Assembly: GCA_964016885.1 (NCBI GenBank)
Contig: OZ024749.1
Location: 6,324,001-6,388,000 of the forward strand
Source of the DNA: Eledone cirrhosa
Lineage: Eukaryota
Length of the DNA stretch: 64,000 bases
Direction of reading: 5' to 3'
Part shown: positions 1-14,435 of the stretch, piece by piece
Numbering within the stretch: the stretch's first letter is position 1
Layout of the letters: the number at the start of each line of letters is the position of its first letter
Notes under the pieces: model-generated
The model's database searches: none
The model's input: only the letters and a program-made list of their open reading frames with translations
What the model was told of the DNA's origin: nothing
Position numbers and translations under genes: made by a program

Positions 1-419
1 AATACACAAACACAGACACACACATCTACACTCTCACAGTAACACACATATACACTCTCACAGAAACACACACGCTCTCCAAAACACATACGCTCTCCAA
101 TACACACACACACACACACACACAGACACACACATATACACTCTCACAGAAACACATAGATCTTCGTCTCTTGAAAAGAAGATTACTGGAAAAGCTGAAT
201 TAATTAGAATTTAACAGTTTTAACTTAATTATCACATTAGCAGAGAAATGTTCAAGGCAAGAATTGGGAAATTTTCTACAAAGATAATACTTAATTAACC
301 TGTGAAAATATTCCAATCATGCCGTTGCTATTTTTTACCATTTTCATAATTAGAATAAAACCCAAACGATTCCCCAACAACAAAACACATATATTATTAA
401 ATGGAGATATTTCAAGATT

Positions 420-1545
420 TGTTGTTGTTCCTCTTGTTGCGGATGTTGTTTGTGTTGTTGTAGTTGTTATTTGTGTTGTTGTCGCTGTTGTTTGTGGTGT
501 TGGTGTAGTTGTTGCCTGTGTTGTTGTTGCTGTTGTTTGTGTTGTTGTTGCTGTTGTTTGTGATGTTGGTGTAGTTGTTGTTTGTGATGCTGTTGTCGCT
601 GTTGTTTGTGTTATTGTAGTTGTTATTTGTGTTGTTGTTGCTGTTGTTTGTGGTGTTGGTGTAGTTGTTGCTGTGTTGTTGTCGCTGTTGTTTGTGTTGT
701 TGTCGCTGTTGTTTGTGGTGTTGGTGTAGTTGTTGCTGTGTTGTTGTTGCTGTTGTTTGTGTTGTTGTTGCTGTTGTTTGTGATGCTGCTGTTATTTGTT
801 GTTTTTGCTGTTGTTTGTGCTGATGTTGCTTGTGTTGTTGTTGCTGTTGCTGTTGTTTGTGGTGTTGTTGCTGTTGTTTGTGATGCTGTTGTTATTTGTT
901 GTTGTTGCTGTTGTTTGTGCTGATGTTGCTTGTGTTGTTGTTGCTGTTGTTTGTGTTGTTGTTGCTGTTGTTTGTGTTGTTGTTGCTGTTGTTTGTGTTG
1001 TTGTTGCTGTTGTTGGTGATGATGTTGTAGTTGTTTGTGTTGCTGTTGTTATTTGTTGTTGTTGTTTGTGATGTTGTAGTTGTTTGTGTTGTTGTTGCTG
1101 TTGTTTGTGTTGTTGTAGCTGTTGTTTGTGGTGCTGTTGTTATTTGTTGTTGTTGCTGTTGTTTGTGATGTTGTAGCTGTTGTTTGTGATGTTGTTGTAG
1201 TTGTTGTTTGCGTTGCTGTTGTTATTTGTTGTTGTTGCTGTTGTTTGTGTTGTTGTTGCTGTTGTTTGTGATGCTGTAGTTGTTTGTGTTGTTGTTGCTG
1301 TTGTTTGTGAGGTTGTAGTTGTTATGGTGATGATGTTGATGATATTGTTTGTGATGTTGTTGTTGTTCATGATGTTTGTGATGTTGTTGTTCATGTTGTT
1401 CATGATGATGTTTGTGATGTTGATGATGTTTGTGATAATGTCATTGTTGTTGATGTTTGTGATGTTGTTGTTGATAATGTCGCTGTTGATGTTTGTGATG
1501 ATGATGTTTGTGAGGTTGATGCTGTTGTTATTGTTGTTGTTATTA
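420..1545. repeat. Degenerate GTT/GCT/GAT trinucleotide low-complexity tract
   Basis: Imperfect (gttgttgctgttgtttgt)-type units; source of the spurious poly-Val/Leu ORFs. Confidence 0.9.
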
Positions 1546-1730
1546 CTAGTAGAATGGCCCGGCGTTGCTCGGGATTTGGTCTAGGGTTCGTATATATTTG
1601 ATATATATTTATCCTTGTCGAGCCTCGTGAAATAAATAATTTTGTTTATATTTTGTTATTGTGTATGTAAAAATATCTGTACACGAATATATAATTATAT
1701 ACTGTATATGTATATATATATATATATATA

Positions 1731-1805
<75 letters not shown>

Positions 1806-2248
1806 TAACAGATTAAAGTTTAAGCAAGGAATCGCTGCATTCACCCTTAACTGGATCTTCTGAAACTAAAAAAATCAATATGTGAACGCAGAAGTAAATA
1901 TTTCGAAAAACGTTACACCCCCTATATATATATATATATAAATATATACACATACACACAGCTACGTCACAATGTCGTAATGCAGACAGCCAGACATACA
2001 GACAGTTATTATAAGGCTGCAACGTTATATCTGTGTATCTATCTAAAAAGAAAGACTGAGAGGGAGAGAGAGAGATCGCTAAATCGCCTAATGCGGTCCC
2101 CAGGGCATTGAAAATTTGAAATATATTTTGCTCAAAACACTCACAGGACCATAAGTATTACATGTGTAAAGTTTGGAAACAATCAGATGGGTGGTTCTCG
2201 AGTTTTAGTGATCGGACAGACAGACATTCTCTGTTTTAGATATATAGA
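1546..2248 (-). mobile_element. Non-autonomous Helitron
   Basis: Minus strand starts TCtatatatctaaaacagagaatgtctgtctg and ends with the hairpin cccgagcaacgccggg followed by CTAG|t. Contains an internal (TA)n. Confidence 0.7.
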
Positions 2249-2251
2249 TTA

Positions 2252-2285
2252 CTAGCAGTAAAGCCCGGCGTTGCTCGGGGCTGCT
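2252..2285 (-). mobile_element. 3' end of a second Helitron, 3 nt from the first
   Basis: ctagcagtaaagcccggcgttgctcggg is the reverse complement of the same 3' hairpin plus CTAG; its 5' end was not located. Confidence 0.65.
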
Positions 2286-2334
2286 CAGTAGCTGTGTTAA
2301 AGTTACAATGTTAAGTTAACTCTATAATTTAACT

Positions 2335-4525
2335 CCCAGTATAACCTATATGATTATTAATGTTATTACTTAACTAACAGTATAATCTATATGATTATTA
2401 ACACTATTATTTAACTGATAGTATAAACTATACAATTATTAACATTATTATTTAACTGATATTATAACATATACAATTATTAATAGTATTATTTAACTGA
2501 TAGTATAAAATATACAATTATTAACATTATTATTTAACTGATAGTATAACCTATACAATTATTAATAGTATTATTTAACTGCTAGTATAACCTATAGAAT
2601 TATTAACAGTATTATTTAACTGATAGTATAACCTATACAATTATTAATAGTATTATTTAACTAATAATATAACCTATACAATTATTAACAGTATTATTTA
2701 ACTGGTAGTATAACCTATACAATTATTAATAGTATTATTTAACTGATAGTATAAAATATACAATTATTAACACTATTATTTAACTGATAGTATAAACTAT
2801 ATAATTATTAATAGTATTATTTAACTGACAGTATAACCTATACGATTATTAACAGTATTATTTAACTGCTAGTATAACCTATACAATTATTAACAGTATT
2901 ATTTAACTGATAATATAACCTATACAATTATTAATAGTGTTATTTAATTGATAGTATAAACTATACACTTATTAACACTATTATTTAACTGATAGTATAA
3001 ACTATACAATTATTAACATTATTATTTAACTGATATTATAACATATACAATTATTAATAGTGTTATTTAATTGATAGAATAACCTATACAATTATTAACA
3101 GTATTATTTAACTGATAGTATAACCTATACAATTATTAACAGTATTATTTAACTGCAAGTATAACCTATACCTATGGGCATTACTGTCAGCAGCGATTTG
3201 TGTTGGACAAAGCATGTCTCTAAGATTGTCAAGAAGGCCGAGGGTGTCTTGGCATCACCCAGCAAGACCTTTGTTAGCCGCTCTCCAGCCATCTATTTAA
3301 AACTGTATACAGCTATGGTACGACCACACTTGGAATTCGCATCATCAGTCTGGACCCCTATCTTGCTCAGAACATTGACCTCCTGGAAACTGTTCAGAGA
3401 TGTGCAACCAAGCGCATACCCTCCATCAGACCCCTACCATAATACTCTGAACGCATTGCTTCCCTGGGCATGGATTCATTGAAGCTCCGACGTCTGGCAA
3501 TGGACTTGGTGAATACCCACAAAGTTATTAACCATCTCGCCAATTGCAACCCTGAGCGCCTCTTTGATCTCCATGTGTCTAACACACATGGACATGCCTA
3601 CAAAATCAGAAAACAGCACAGCTCCCATGACTTTCGTAGACATTTTTTCACGCTCAGAGTTGCTGAAGCATAGAACAAACTGCCTGCGTCAGTTGTTAGC
3701 TGCCGAGACACTGCATCCTTTAAGACACCCGTGCTTCCCGAAATACGCCAAAACTACACCTGATGTACCCCTTCCATACACATGCACCCTTGTGTGTATC
3801 ATGACTCGTGCACTGTTCATTTTCCTGATGTTTGTGCATTGCCCTATGTACTGTACATGCACTTTTTGATGAGTTGTGGTGCACCTGGGCACTGTACACA
3901 ATATTTCATTATTATTATTATTATTATTATTATATCGTGACTCATACACTGTTCATTTTCCTGACATTTGTACATTATTCTATGTACTATACATGCACCT
4001 TTGATGAGTTGTAGTGCACCTGAGCACTGTACACAATAATTTCATTATTATTATTATTATACAATTATTAGCAGTATTATTTAACTGATAGTATAACCTA
4101 TACAATTATTAATAATATTATTTAACTAATAATATAACCTATACATTTATTAATAGTGTTATTTAATTGATAGTATAAACTATACAATTATTAACAGTAT
4201 TATTTAACTGATATTATAACCTATACAATTATTAATAGTGTTATTTAATTGATAGAATAACCTATACAATTATTAACAGTATTATTTAACTGATAGAATA
4301 ACCTATACAATTATTAACAGTATTATTTAACTGATAGAATAACCTATACAATTATTAACAGTATTATTTAACTGATAGTATAACCTATACAAATATTAAC
4401 AGTATTATTTAACTGATACTATAACCTATACAATTATTAATAGTATTATTTAACTGATAGTATAACATATATAATTATTAATAGTATTATTTAACTGATA
4501 GTATAACCTATACAATTATTAATAG
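2335..4525. repeat. 41-bp AT-rich minisatellite interrupted by a CR1 insertion
   Basis: Unit gtataacctatacaattattaacagtattatttaactgata, repeated 2335-3170 and 4060-4525, decaying to about 4740. Confidence 0.9.
3172..4060 (+). mobile_element. 5'-truncated CR1-clade LINE (RT C-terminus, 3' UTR, (TTA)n tail; distal UTR duplicated)
   Basis: GITVSSDLCWTKHVSKIVKKA...LYTAMVRPHLEFASSVWTP, then frameshifted ...HGHAYKIRKQHSSHDFRRHFFTLRV, typical CR1 ORF2 C-terminal motifs. (tta)n tails at about 3910-3932 and 4043-4060. Confidence 0.85.
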
Positions 4526-4975
4526 TATTACTTTCTTATTTTACATTTCATTCTTTCTTCTCAATCAAATGTCTTTCTTTTTATATTAAATTGTTTATCT
4601 ATTAACACAATCATTTAACTAATACAATTATTAACATCATCGTTTAACTAATACAATTATTAACAGTATTATTTAACTATGAATAGTATCATTTCTGAAA
4701 ATATTATTTAATAAACAGTATAACTTATGTAATTACTAAACTGTAACCACAATATTCCAAAGTTTAAAATCATTTAAAATATTTTCAGTTGAAATATGAA
4801 ACATAAACTCTATTGTAAGGTAATGTTTTGACAGGTTTTCTATAATGTCAGGTAGAATCACCATCATCATTATTTAACATCTATCTTCCATGATTGTATG
4901 GGTTATATGGCTGTCATATGCTGAGGCCAGACAGTCCAGATAAGGAAGTCCTGCTTATATGCTTTGTTCAGGCTT

Positions 4976-6420
4976 GGTTTCTACAGCTGGAAGCCCTTCC
5001 TAACACCAACCACTTTACAACATCCACTAGGAGCATGGTTTCTACAGCTGGATGCCCTTCCTAACACCAACCACTTTACAACATCTACTAGGAACATGGT
5101 TTCTACAGCTGGATGCTTTCCTAACACCAACCACTTTACAACATCGACTAGGAACATGGTTTCTACAGCTGGATGCCCTTCCTAACACCAACCACTTTAC
5201 AACATCTACTAGGAACATGGTTTCTACAGCTGGATGCCCTTCCTAACACCAACCACTTTACAACATCGACTAGGAGCATAGTTTCTACAGCTGGATGCCC
5301 TTCCTAACACCAACCACTTTACAACATCGACTAGGAACATGGTTTCTACAGCTGGATGCCCTTCCTAACACCAACCACTTTACAACATCTACTAGGAATA
5401 TGGTTTCTACAGCTGGATGCCCTTCCTAACACCAACCACTTTACAACATCTACTAGGAACATGGTTTCAACAGCTGGATGCCCTTCCTAACACCAACCAC
5501 TTTACAACATCCACTAGGAACATAGTTTCTACAGCTGGATGCCCTTCCTAACACCAACCACTTTACAACATCCACTAGGAACATGGTTTCTACAGCTGGA
5601 TGCCCTTCCTAACACCAACCACTTTACAACATCTACTAGGGACATGGTTTCTACAGCTGGATGCCCTTCCTAACACCAACCACTTTACAACATCCACTAG
5701 GAACATGGTTTCTACAGCTGGATGCCCTTCCTAACACCAACCTCTTTACAACATCGACTAGGAGCATAGTTTCTACAGCTGGATTCCCTTCCTAACACCA
5801 ACCACTTTACAACATCCACTAGGAACATGGTTTCTACAGCTGGATGCCCTTCCTAACACCAACCACTTTACAACATCGACTAGGAGCATAGTTTCTACAG
5901 CTGGATGCCCTTCCTAACACCAACCACTTTACAACATCTACTAGAAACATGGTTTCTACAGCTGGATGCCCTTCCTAACACCAACCACTTTACAACATCC
6001 ACTAGGAACATGGTTTCTACAGCTGGATGCCCTTCCTAACACCAACCACTTTACAACATCCACTAGGAACATGGTTTCTACAGCTGGATTCCCTTCCTAA
6101 CACCAACCACTTTACAACATCCACTAGGAACATGGTTTCTACAGCTGGATGCCCTTCCTAACACCAACCACTTTACAACATCGACTAGGAGCATAGTTTC
6201 TACAGCTGGATGCCCTTCCTAACACCAACCACTTTACAACATCCACTAGGAACATGGTTTCTACAGCTGGATGCCCTTCCTAACACCAACCACTTTACAA
6301 CATCGACTAGGAGCATAGTTTCTACAGCTGGATGCCCTTCCTAACACCAACCACTTTACAACATCTACTAGGGACATGGTTTCTACAGCTGGATGCCCTT
6401 CCTAACACCAACCACTTTAC
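4976..6420. repeat. 61-bp tandem array (about 24 copies) derived from the RTE-3'UTR/SINE shared module
   Basis: Unit ggtttctacagctggatgcccttcctaacaccaaccactttacaacatctactaggaacat; preceded at 4860-4975 by a reverse RTE tail (catcatcat...tttaacatctatcttccatg). Confidence 0.9.
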
Positions 6421-7029
6421 AGTGAAAAGAATGTCATGTGGTAACTGATCCAGCTCTCTCTGTTCTGAGTTCAAATCCTGCTGAGGTCAACTTTGGTCTC
6501 CATCCCTCTCATGTCACTAAATAAAGTATCAGTCCAATACTGTGGTTGTTTCTTTTTCTCCCCTGCCCCATTCCCCAGTTTCTGGAGGAACTTGAGTGAG
6601 GTTAGTGGAAGGAATCTTTCAGTTTTAACCTTTTTATTCCAAAATCACACACACACATCTGTACTAACTCACACAAGCTGTTAGTAAAACATACACACAC
6701 ACCTCTGTACTAACTCACACAAGCTGTTAGTAAAACATACACACACACCTCTGTACTAACTCACACAAGCTGTTAGTAAAACACACACTCATAGATATAC
6801 ACAACCACCCATATTCATACACACACAAACACCTCCAGTTCTCAAGAAGAGATTACACAAAAAGCTGAATTAATTCCACAAATGCAGACAATGGTGAGAA
6901 GCTGCTCCAGGTTTTATGATACAAAACTTTTTCTTGTAAAGTGTTTATATCTGTCTAACTCCATACTCTCGTTATTTTATGTAAGGAACTTTGGTAAGTT
7001 ATGTTCTAAACACCAGCTTAATAATCATT

Positions 7030-7232
7030 TCTCATATAGGCACAAGGCCAGCGATTTTGGGGTAGGGGAAAGTCGATTAATCGACCCCACTGGTACTTTA
7101 TTTCATCGACCCCGTAAGGATGAAATGCAAAGTTAACCTCGGTGGGATTTGAACTCAGATCATAAAGAGCCGTAACGCTATGCATCAAAGCATGGGGTCC
7201 AACCCTCTACCAATACTGCCATTCCAGTGCCC
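7030..7232 (-). mobile_element. tRNA-derived SINE, family S2
   Basis: Reverse of head tggcagtattggtagag...gagttcaaatcccaccgagg plus body tttcatccttacggggtcgat...aagtaccag. Confidence 0.8.
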
Positions 7233-7277
7233 TAAACACCAGCTTAATAATGAGAAATATTACTGAATCCCTCAAAA

Positions 7278-7499
7278 GTTGTTAGCTGACGAGACACTGC
7301 ATCCTTCAAAACTTCCATGCTTCTCAAAATTTGTCAACACTACACCTGATATTCCCCCTCCATACACACACATGCACGCATCATGACTCATACACGGTTA
7401 ACTTTCCTGACATTTGTACATTATTCCATGTAATTTAAATGCACCTTTGATGAGTTGTAGTGTCCCTGAGCACTGTACACAATCATTTTCATTATTATT
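7278..7499 (+). mobile_element. CR1 3'-end fragment
   Basis: Matches 3691-3910 (gttgttagctg.cgagacactgcatcctt...gatgagttgtagtg.cctgagcactgtacacaat). Confidence 0.8.
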
Positions 7500-7965
7500 T
7501 CAAACCATCCATCCCATCCCATCACGGAAGATGAATGTAAAATAATGATTGTGGCAAGTAGTAGCTTCTCGTTCTGACACGGCCAATAATTGCATGTTGT
7601 CCTGAAAGAAGGAAACATTTGCTATTTTCAGCTTGACATAACTTTGGTAATTCTCCAACAACTTTTAAGTTTTGTTGAAATCTCAAGTGAATCCTCCACT
7701 GGATTAATACATCACACAACAACCATAATCCACATGACTGTGATAAAGAAAAACCTTGCCTTCTGCTTCGTGCATCTCGCAATTTAACAGAATCAATGTT
7801 TTTTGACATCTCTGAAATTACCAACCATTGTTGAATGAATGCATTTTGTCTTCCCTTCACCTCTCTCTCCGACCCCTTCCCTGCCTCCCTCCTTCTATAT
7901 TTATATATAAATATATATATGTGTGTTTGTGTGTGTGTGTGTTTATATATATCTATGTGTGTGTG

Positions 7966-8004
<39 letters not shown>

Positions 8005-8119
8005 ATGTATATACATATGTGTGTGTGTATATATATGTATATATATATGTGTACATATATATATATATATATATGTATGTGCGTGTGTGTGTATATATAT
8101 GTGTGAGTGTGTGTGTGTG

Positions 8120-8150
<31 letters not shown>

Positions 8151-8444
8151 ATATATACAAATATATGAGTGTGTGTGTATATACAAATATGTGTGTGTAT
8201 GTATATATTTACTAGAATGTGTGAAAGTGTGTATACATTTTTGTAGGACAACCTATATATATATATATATATATATATTTACACATACACTGTATATACG
8301 TATATATATACAGTGTATGTGTATACACACACACATACAAGTATATGTATATATATATAGATGTGAGTGTGTGTGTATATATATATATATACACACACAC
8401 ACATACAAGTATATGTATATATATAGATATGAGTCATCATGTTT

Positions 8445-8775
8445 CATCATTTCATTTTACGTCCACTTTTCCCTGCTTGCAAGGGTGGGACGGGAACTGA
8501 TTCTGGCTTGATTTCTACAGCTGGATGCCCTTCCTAACACCAACCTCATTTACAGTGAGTGCTGGGTGCTTTTTTTCCGTGGCACCTCCATGACCACTTT
8601 GCAGTGGAATGATAGGGACCCCAGTCCCTATCATCTCATTTCTACAGCTGAGTAAACTGGAGCAATGTGAAATAAAGAGTCTTGCTCAAGGAAACAACAC
8701 ATCACCCGGACTGAGAATTGAACTCACAACCTTTCGATTGCAAGCCCAATGCTCTAACCACTAAGCCATGTGCCT

Positions 8776-8778
<3 letters not shown>
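8445..8778 (-). mobile_element. tRNA-derived SINE, family S1, with RTE-A-type tail
   Basis: Reverse complement of 15415-15750; A/B-box head abuts (TA)n. Confidence 0.85.
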
Positions 8779-8848
<70 letters not shown>

Positions 8849-8996
8849 ACTACAGCAACAACAACAACAACAACAACAGCAACAACACCATTGTCTGTGT
8901 TGAATGTGTGTGTATGTCTGTGTTTGTATATATGCGACTACAATAACAGCATTAACACCATTGTCTGCAGCATCAGTGAAATGAAGAGCAACAACG

Positions 8997-9062
<66 letters not shown>

Positions 9063-9659
9063 GCAACAGTAGCAGCAACTACAATAACAACTGCCACCAC
9101 CATCACTCGCCATCCACCACCACCACCATCCCCATACTGACACCATCCACCACCACCACCATCACCATACAGACACCATCCACCACCACCACCACCACCA
9201 TTACCAGTGTAAAGCAAACAATTATTATTATTATTATATACAAGCTGAACTGGACTGGGAAAAGTCAACAGTTGACATGATTTTGATTTTGTATTTGTAT
9301 CAGTACTGCCGGTAATATATATATATATATGTGTTTGTGACTGGTGTGTGTGTTTGTATGCATGAATGAGTGTTGGTATGTGAGTGGCGTGTGTGTGTTT
9401 GTGGTTTGTATGCATGAGTGTTGGTGTGTGAGTGTGTGTGTCGTGTCAATAATTTTTTTTTATTTTTTTTTATTGACCATGCTGTAAAATGGAAGGGTAG
9501 AGAGGGCCCTTGAGTCTAGTAAGACATCCTCTCTAGTGCTGGTGGCACAAATAAAAGTACCCAGTCCATGCTGTAAAGTGGCGCTGGTGTTAGGAAGGGC
9601 ATCCAACCAGTGTATCAATGCCAAAATGCTTATCAGCACAGCAACAAATAGGAACAACA

Positions 9660-12600
9660 ACAAAATATGAAGACGTCGCATCTCAGAGTTGCAACACTTA
9701 ATGTTGGCACTCTCAGAGGTAGATCTGCTGAAATAGCGGAGATGCTGGAGAGAAGGCATGTGGATGTGTGATGGAGAGGTGCCTCTGCGATACTAGTCGT
9801 AGGCAAACGTCTTAGCTATATGCTATTCTGGGTAGGTAAGGATAATGGGTTAGGGGGAGTAGGCATTTTCCTGGCTGAGAAATGGATCAATAAGACAATA
9901 GAGGTAGTTCGAGTCAGTAATCAAATAATTAAGCTTAGATTAGTTGTAGGCAGGAGACTACTGACAATCATCTCGGCCTATGCTCCCCAAGCAGGCCTAG
10001 GCAAAGATGAGAAAGACTGCTTTTACGAGCAACTTTTACAAACAACCGCAATGACAGAGGACAGAGACATCGTTATGCTAGCAGGAGACTTCAATGGTCA
10101 TGTTGGACAGCTCCAGGATGGTTACACTGGAGTACATGGTAGGCACGGTTACGGCTCAAGAAATGAAGAAGGAGTGAGACTTCTTGAATTTTGTGATGCA
10201 GGTACATTGACTATTTGCAACACAAACTTCCAGAACCTGCCAATCACCTAATAACCTACAAATCTGGTGAGCACATAAGCTAGATTGACTTCTTACTAGT
10301 TAGGCAGCGGGACAGGCAGATAGTGGCTAATACGAAGGCATACCCTGGGGAAGAATGTACCCCACAGCATAGGTTAGTCGTTAGTGATATCTCAGTAAGC
10401 AAGAGATGGAATGAGGCATACAGGAAGATGTGGAGAAGAAAGGTCTGGAAGCTAAAAGACCTTTCACTAAAATACAAATTTAGGAAATCCCTTCAAGATG
10501 TATATGACGAAAAAGAAGTCGATTTAGAGACGTATGACATAGATAATAACTGGAATGACAACTTGCTGCAGGCTACTGATGAAACTTGTGGCTGGAGCAG
10601 AGCTCCAACCAGACAGAGAGTGACCTGGTGGTGGACCAGCACAGTAGATAAGGCCATTAGAGACAAAAGACTAGCATGGAAGGCTTAGAAAAAGGGTGGG
10701 AGTAGGGAAGAATATATAGCCACTAAGAGAGAAGGTAGACGTCAGGTGTACTTAGCACGCAGGGAGGCGGAGAGTAGGAGGTTTGCCAATGTTCTGCGCC
10801 GGGAAGATCAAAGGCGTGCAGTGTTCTACATTGCAAGGCAGTGTGTCAATGCAAATCAGGATGTTGTTGGAGATAAATGTGTCCGGGTTGATGCCGGTGT
10901 ACTTAGTGTCACAAATGATCAGAAAAAGGAGGCCTGGAAATGTCATTACGAGGGACTGATGAATGTGGAGAACGAATGGGAGAGAGAGAAATTACTCTTA
11001 GTATTTGAGATTGACGAATATAGGGTCCAAGAGGCGATGAGGGAAATTAAAAATCGTAAGGCTGCTGGACCATCGGGAATAGTTGCTGAGATGCTGAAGG
11101 CATCAGGAGACGTAGGCACTAAACTGGTTGCACGCATCATCAATCAGGCTATATATGGTGGTGTCATACCCAAAGACTGCTGCAGCAGTATTCTCATAAA
11201 TTGCTACAAAGGTAAAGGGGATGGTCTGGAGGGGAACAATTATAGGGGTATAAAACTGATGGATCAGGTTATGAAAGTGGCAGAAAGGATATTAGCACAA
11301 CTAATTAGAGAAAGGATCAAACTAGATGAGATGCAGTTTAGTTTTGTGCCCGGAAAGAGTACAACAGATGCCCTCTTCTTGGTGAGACAATTGCAAGAGA
11401 GGTTCTTAGAGAAAAATAAGCCACTATACTTAGCCTTTGTTGACCTAGAGAAGGCCTTTGATAAGGTACCCCAATCTGTCATCTGGTGGTACCTAAGGAA
11501 GCTAGGTGTTGAGGAATGGCTTGTGAGGACAGTGCAAACTTTGTACAGAGGTACTCTCAGTAAAGTCAGGGTAGGAATGGAGTTTAGTGAGGAATTCCAG
11601 ATACAAGTAGGAGTACATCAAGGTTCGGTCCTCAGCCTGCTCTTGTTCATTATAGTCCTCCAAGCCATAACAGAGGAGTTTAAGACTGGCTGTCCATGGG
11701 AACTTCTCTATGCTGACGATCTGGTTCTTATAGCAGAATCAGTAGAGGAGCTAGAGAATAAATTCTGGCTATGGAAACAGCAGTTGGAAGCAAGAGGACT
11801 GAGAGTGAACCTAGCTAAGACAAAAAGTGTTGATTAGTAGAAAAGAGGACAAAACCCTGATTCCATCAGGGAAATGGCCATGTTCGATATGCAGAAAAGG
11901 AACTGGCATAAATTCTATAAAATGCACACAATGCAGATCCTGGGTACACAAGAGATGTAGCGGGATAGCAGGCAAACTAACAGGTAGGGAGAAATATGTA
12001 TGCAGTAGATGTACAGGGAAATTAGACAGTAGAAGTCACATTGATAGACACATTTTTCAGATGCAGGAGGGCGCTATAGAAGTGGTGGATAGCTTCCGGT
12101 ACCTAGGAAATCAGATTAGCATGGGAGGAGGGTGTTCCGAGGCCATAGTATCTAGAATAAGGACGGGTTGGAAGAAGTTTAGGGAGCTGCTTCCTCTGTT
12201 GACGAAGAAGGGTTTCTCCCTGCGTATGAAAGGCCAGTTGTATGATGCCTGTGTGAGGAGCGCGATGCTGCATGGTAGTGAGACATGGGCAGCAACTGCA
12301 GAGGATATGCGACGGCTGGAGAGAAATGAGGCAAGCATGCTCCGTTGGATGTGCAGTGTAAATGTGCGTGAACGACCCAGCATAAATGTGTTGAGAGAGA
12401 AACTGTGTCTGAGAGGGATAGAATGTAGTGTACAGGAGAGGAGACTGAGGTGGTATGGACATGTGATGCGCATGGAGGATGACCGATGGGTGAAGAAGTG
12501 CCAGGAAATGCCAGTTGAAGGAAGACGTGGAAGAGGTAAACCACGAAAAACATGGGCGGAGGTGGTGAGAACAGACCTCAGATCATTGAAGCTCACGGTG

Positions 12601-12708
12601 GATATGACGAAGGACCATGACCAGTGGAGAAATGCTGTGCTGAATAGGACCCGTCCCACCCTTGCAAGCAGGGAAAAGCGGACATAAAATGATGATGATG
12701 ATTATGAT
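9660..12708 (+). mobile_element. Near-full-length decayed RTE-clade LINE (RTE-A): APE endonuclease, RT and Cys-rich C-terminus
   Basis: ISAYAPQ and AGDFNGHVG (APE); FVDLEKAFD, GVHQGSVLS and LLYADDLVL (RT); CSICRKG...C..C..WVHKRC. Broken by stops and frameshifts into four ORFs; ends cccacccttgcaagcagggaaaagcggacataaaat(gat)n. Confidence 0.93.
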
Positions 12709-12758
12709 GATATATATATACACACACACATACAAATATATGTATATATATAGATATA

Positions 12759-12790
<32 letters not shown>

Positions 12791-13019
12791 CACACCAATG
12801 ATTTTCCTATCTCTCTCTCAAAACTTAATGTTCCATGAACAAACACTAGATGCAGCTAGCTATTTCTACATCGTATCCCCAGATATCAACATACTGTCAC
12901 AAGAATCATATAGGGTGCATGCAGTGTGACAATCTGGATATACTGTCTTCTCTCAATTGACCAACATATTTCTATATTACTACATATACTACATATTTTG
13001 ACATTACATTCTCTCCATT

Positions 13020-13640
13020 CATCATCACCATCATCACCGTTTTACGTCCATTCTTCCATGCTAGCATGGGTTGTACAGGTTGTCCTGTTGTGGACAATGC
13101 CAGGTCAGGTGACCATGTCTTGCTCATACAGGACTGATTCTGGCTTGATTTCTACAGCTGGATGCCCTTCCTAACACCAACCTCATTTACAGTGAGTACT
13201 GTGTGCTTTTTTACCATGGCACCTACACAACTACTTTATAGTGTGGACTGGGTGCTTTTTTTGTCGTGACACCTACACAACCACTTCACAGTGGAAGGAG
13301 GGTGGTGGCATATTGTCTATACGCCTCAGCTTTGGCTTGTACCTGTGGGAAGCTGGGTCTTCTGTATTACTGCGTAACACCAGAGGTCACAGTCCTGTGT
13401 CATCGCCTTTCAGAGGTGCAATTTGGCAAGATCAGTTTTCATCACATCATCCTAGATCTTTGTGGGTCTCCCCACTCAGCAGCTTCCATCGACTTCTAGT
13501 GCTCTGCACCTTTTTATGCAGCTGTCATCCTCCATACGCATCACATGTCCATACCAGCACAACCTCCTCTCCTGTACACAGCTTTTGATTCCTCTTATGC
13601 CTAGTCTCTCTCTCAATTCATCTATGCTTTGCCATTCGCA
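13020..13640 (-). mobile_element. 5'-truncated RTE-B copy (ORF end and 3' UTR)
   Basis: ICEWQSIDELRERLGIRGIKSCVQERRLCWYGHVMRMEDD, then a UTR matching 31905-32210. Confidence 0.85.
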
Positions 13641-14367
13641 TATAAATATATATGTATATATATTTATATACATATATATATAAATATTTATATACATATA
13701 TATATAAATATTTATATACATATAACTAAAGAACACCAGACTACGATCTCTAACTGGATTGTCGTGGATTATGTGAAGGGCATATAATCGATAAATACAC
13801 TCCCCTGACCATGAAAATGCCGAAGTACATGAAATACTTGACTTCCCTGTGCTGTGCATCTCCAATACTTTTAACACTTTTAATGCTTGCACTATTTTTA
13901 ATGCTTATAATATTTCTCCACACACAGACTATATCAATCATATAAAGAATTTGCCACCAGATCTACCAACCTAACACTCTTGTTTACCTACCTAAGTGCC
14001 TCTACCACACATATCTCTCTGCCACACTATATAAACAAGACGCACATGCGTGCCACACATATAACATTTGCACTATATAACCGCTTATCTTCATGTTGTA
14101 TTTTAACCTGTATTTTGATTTTTGATTGTACCTCTTAATATAAATGTAATCTCGAAGTGTGTACTGCCACTCTAAATTCTGTAATGAATGTTGACCCACA
14201 ATGTTTGAATATGTATCAATGTTTGAATATGTATCGGTATGTCTCTCGGCTGAAAAGGAGGTCATATAACTGTCCATGCATTAATAAATTGCTCCGAAGA
14301 TTCCAAACCTCGGTTTGGAGGAAACAGCTGTAAGCACAATAATGTTTTGAACAGTTCTTTGATACTT

Positions 14368-14435
<68 letters not shown>

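Noticed and set aside
7522-7850. Possible next CCDC39 exon in unique-looking sequence
   Set aside because: No frame resembled the expected AAQE.EELQR.GD.LD continuation.
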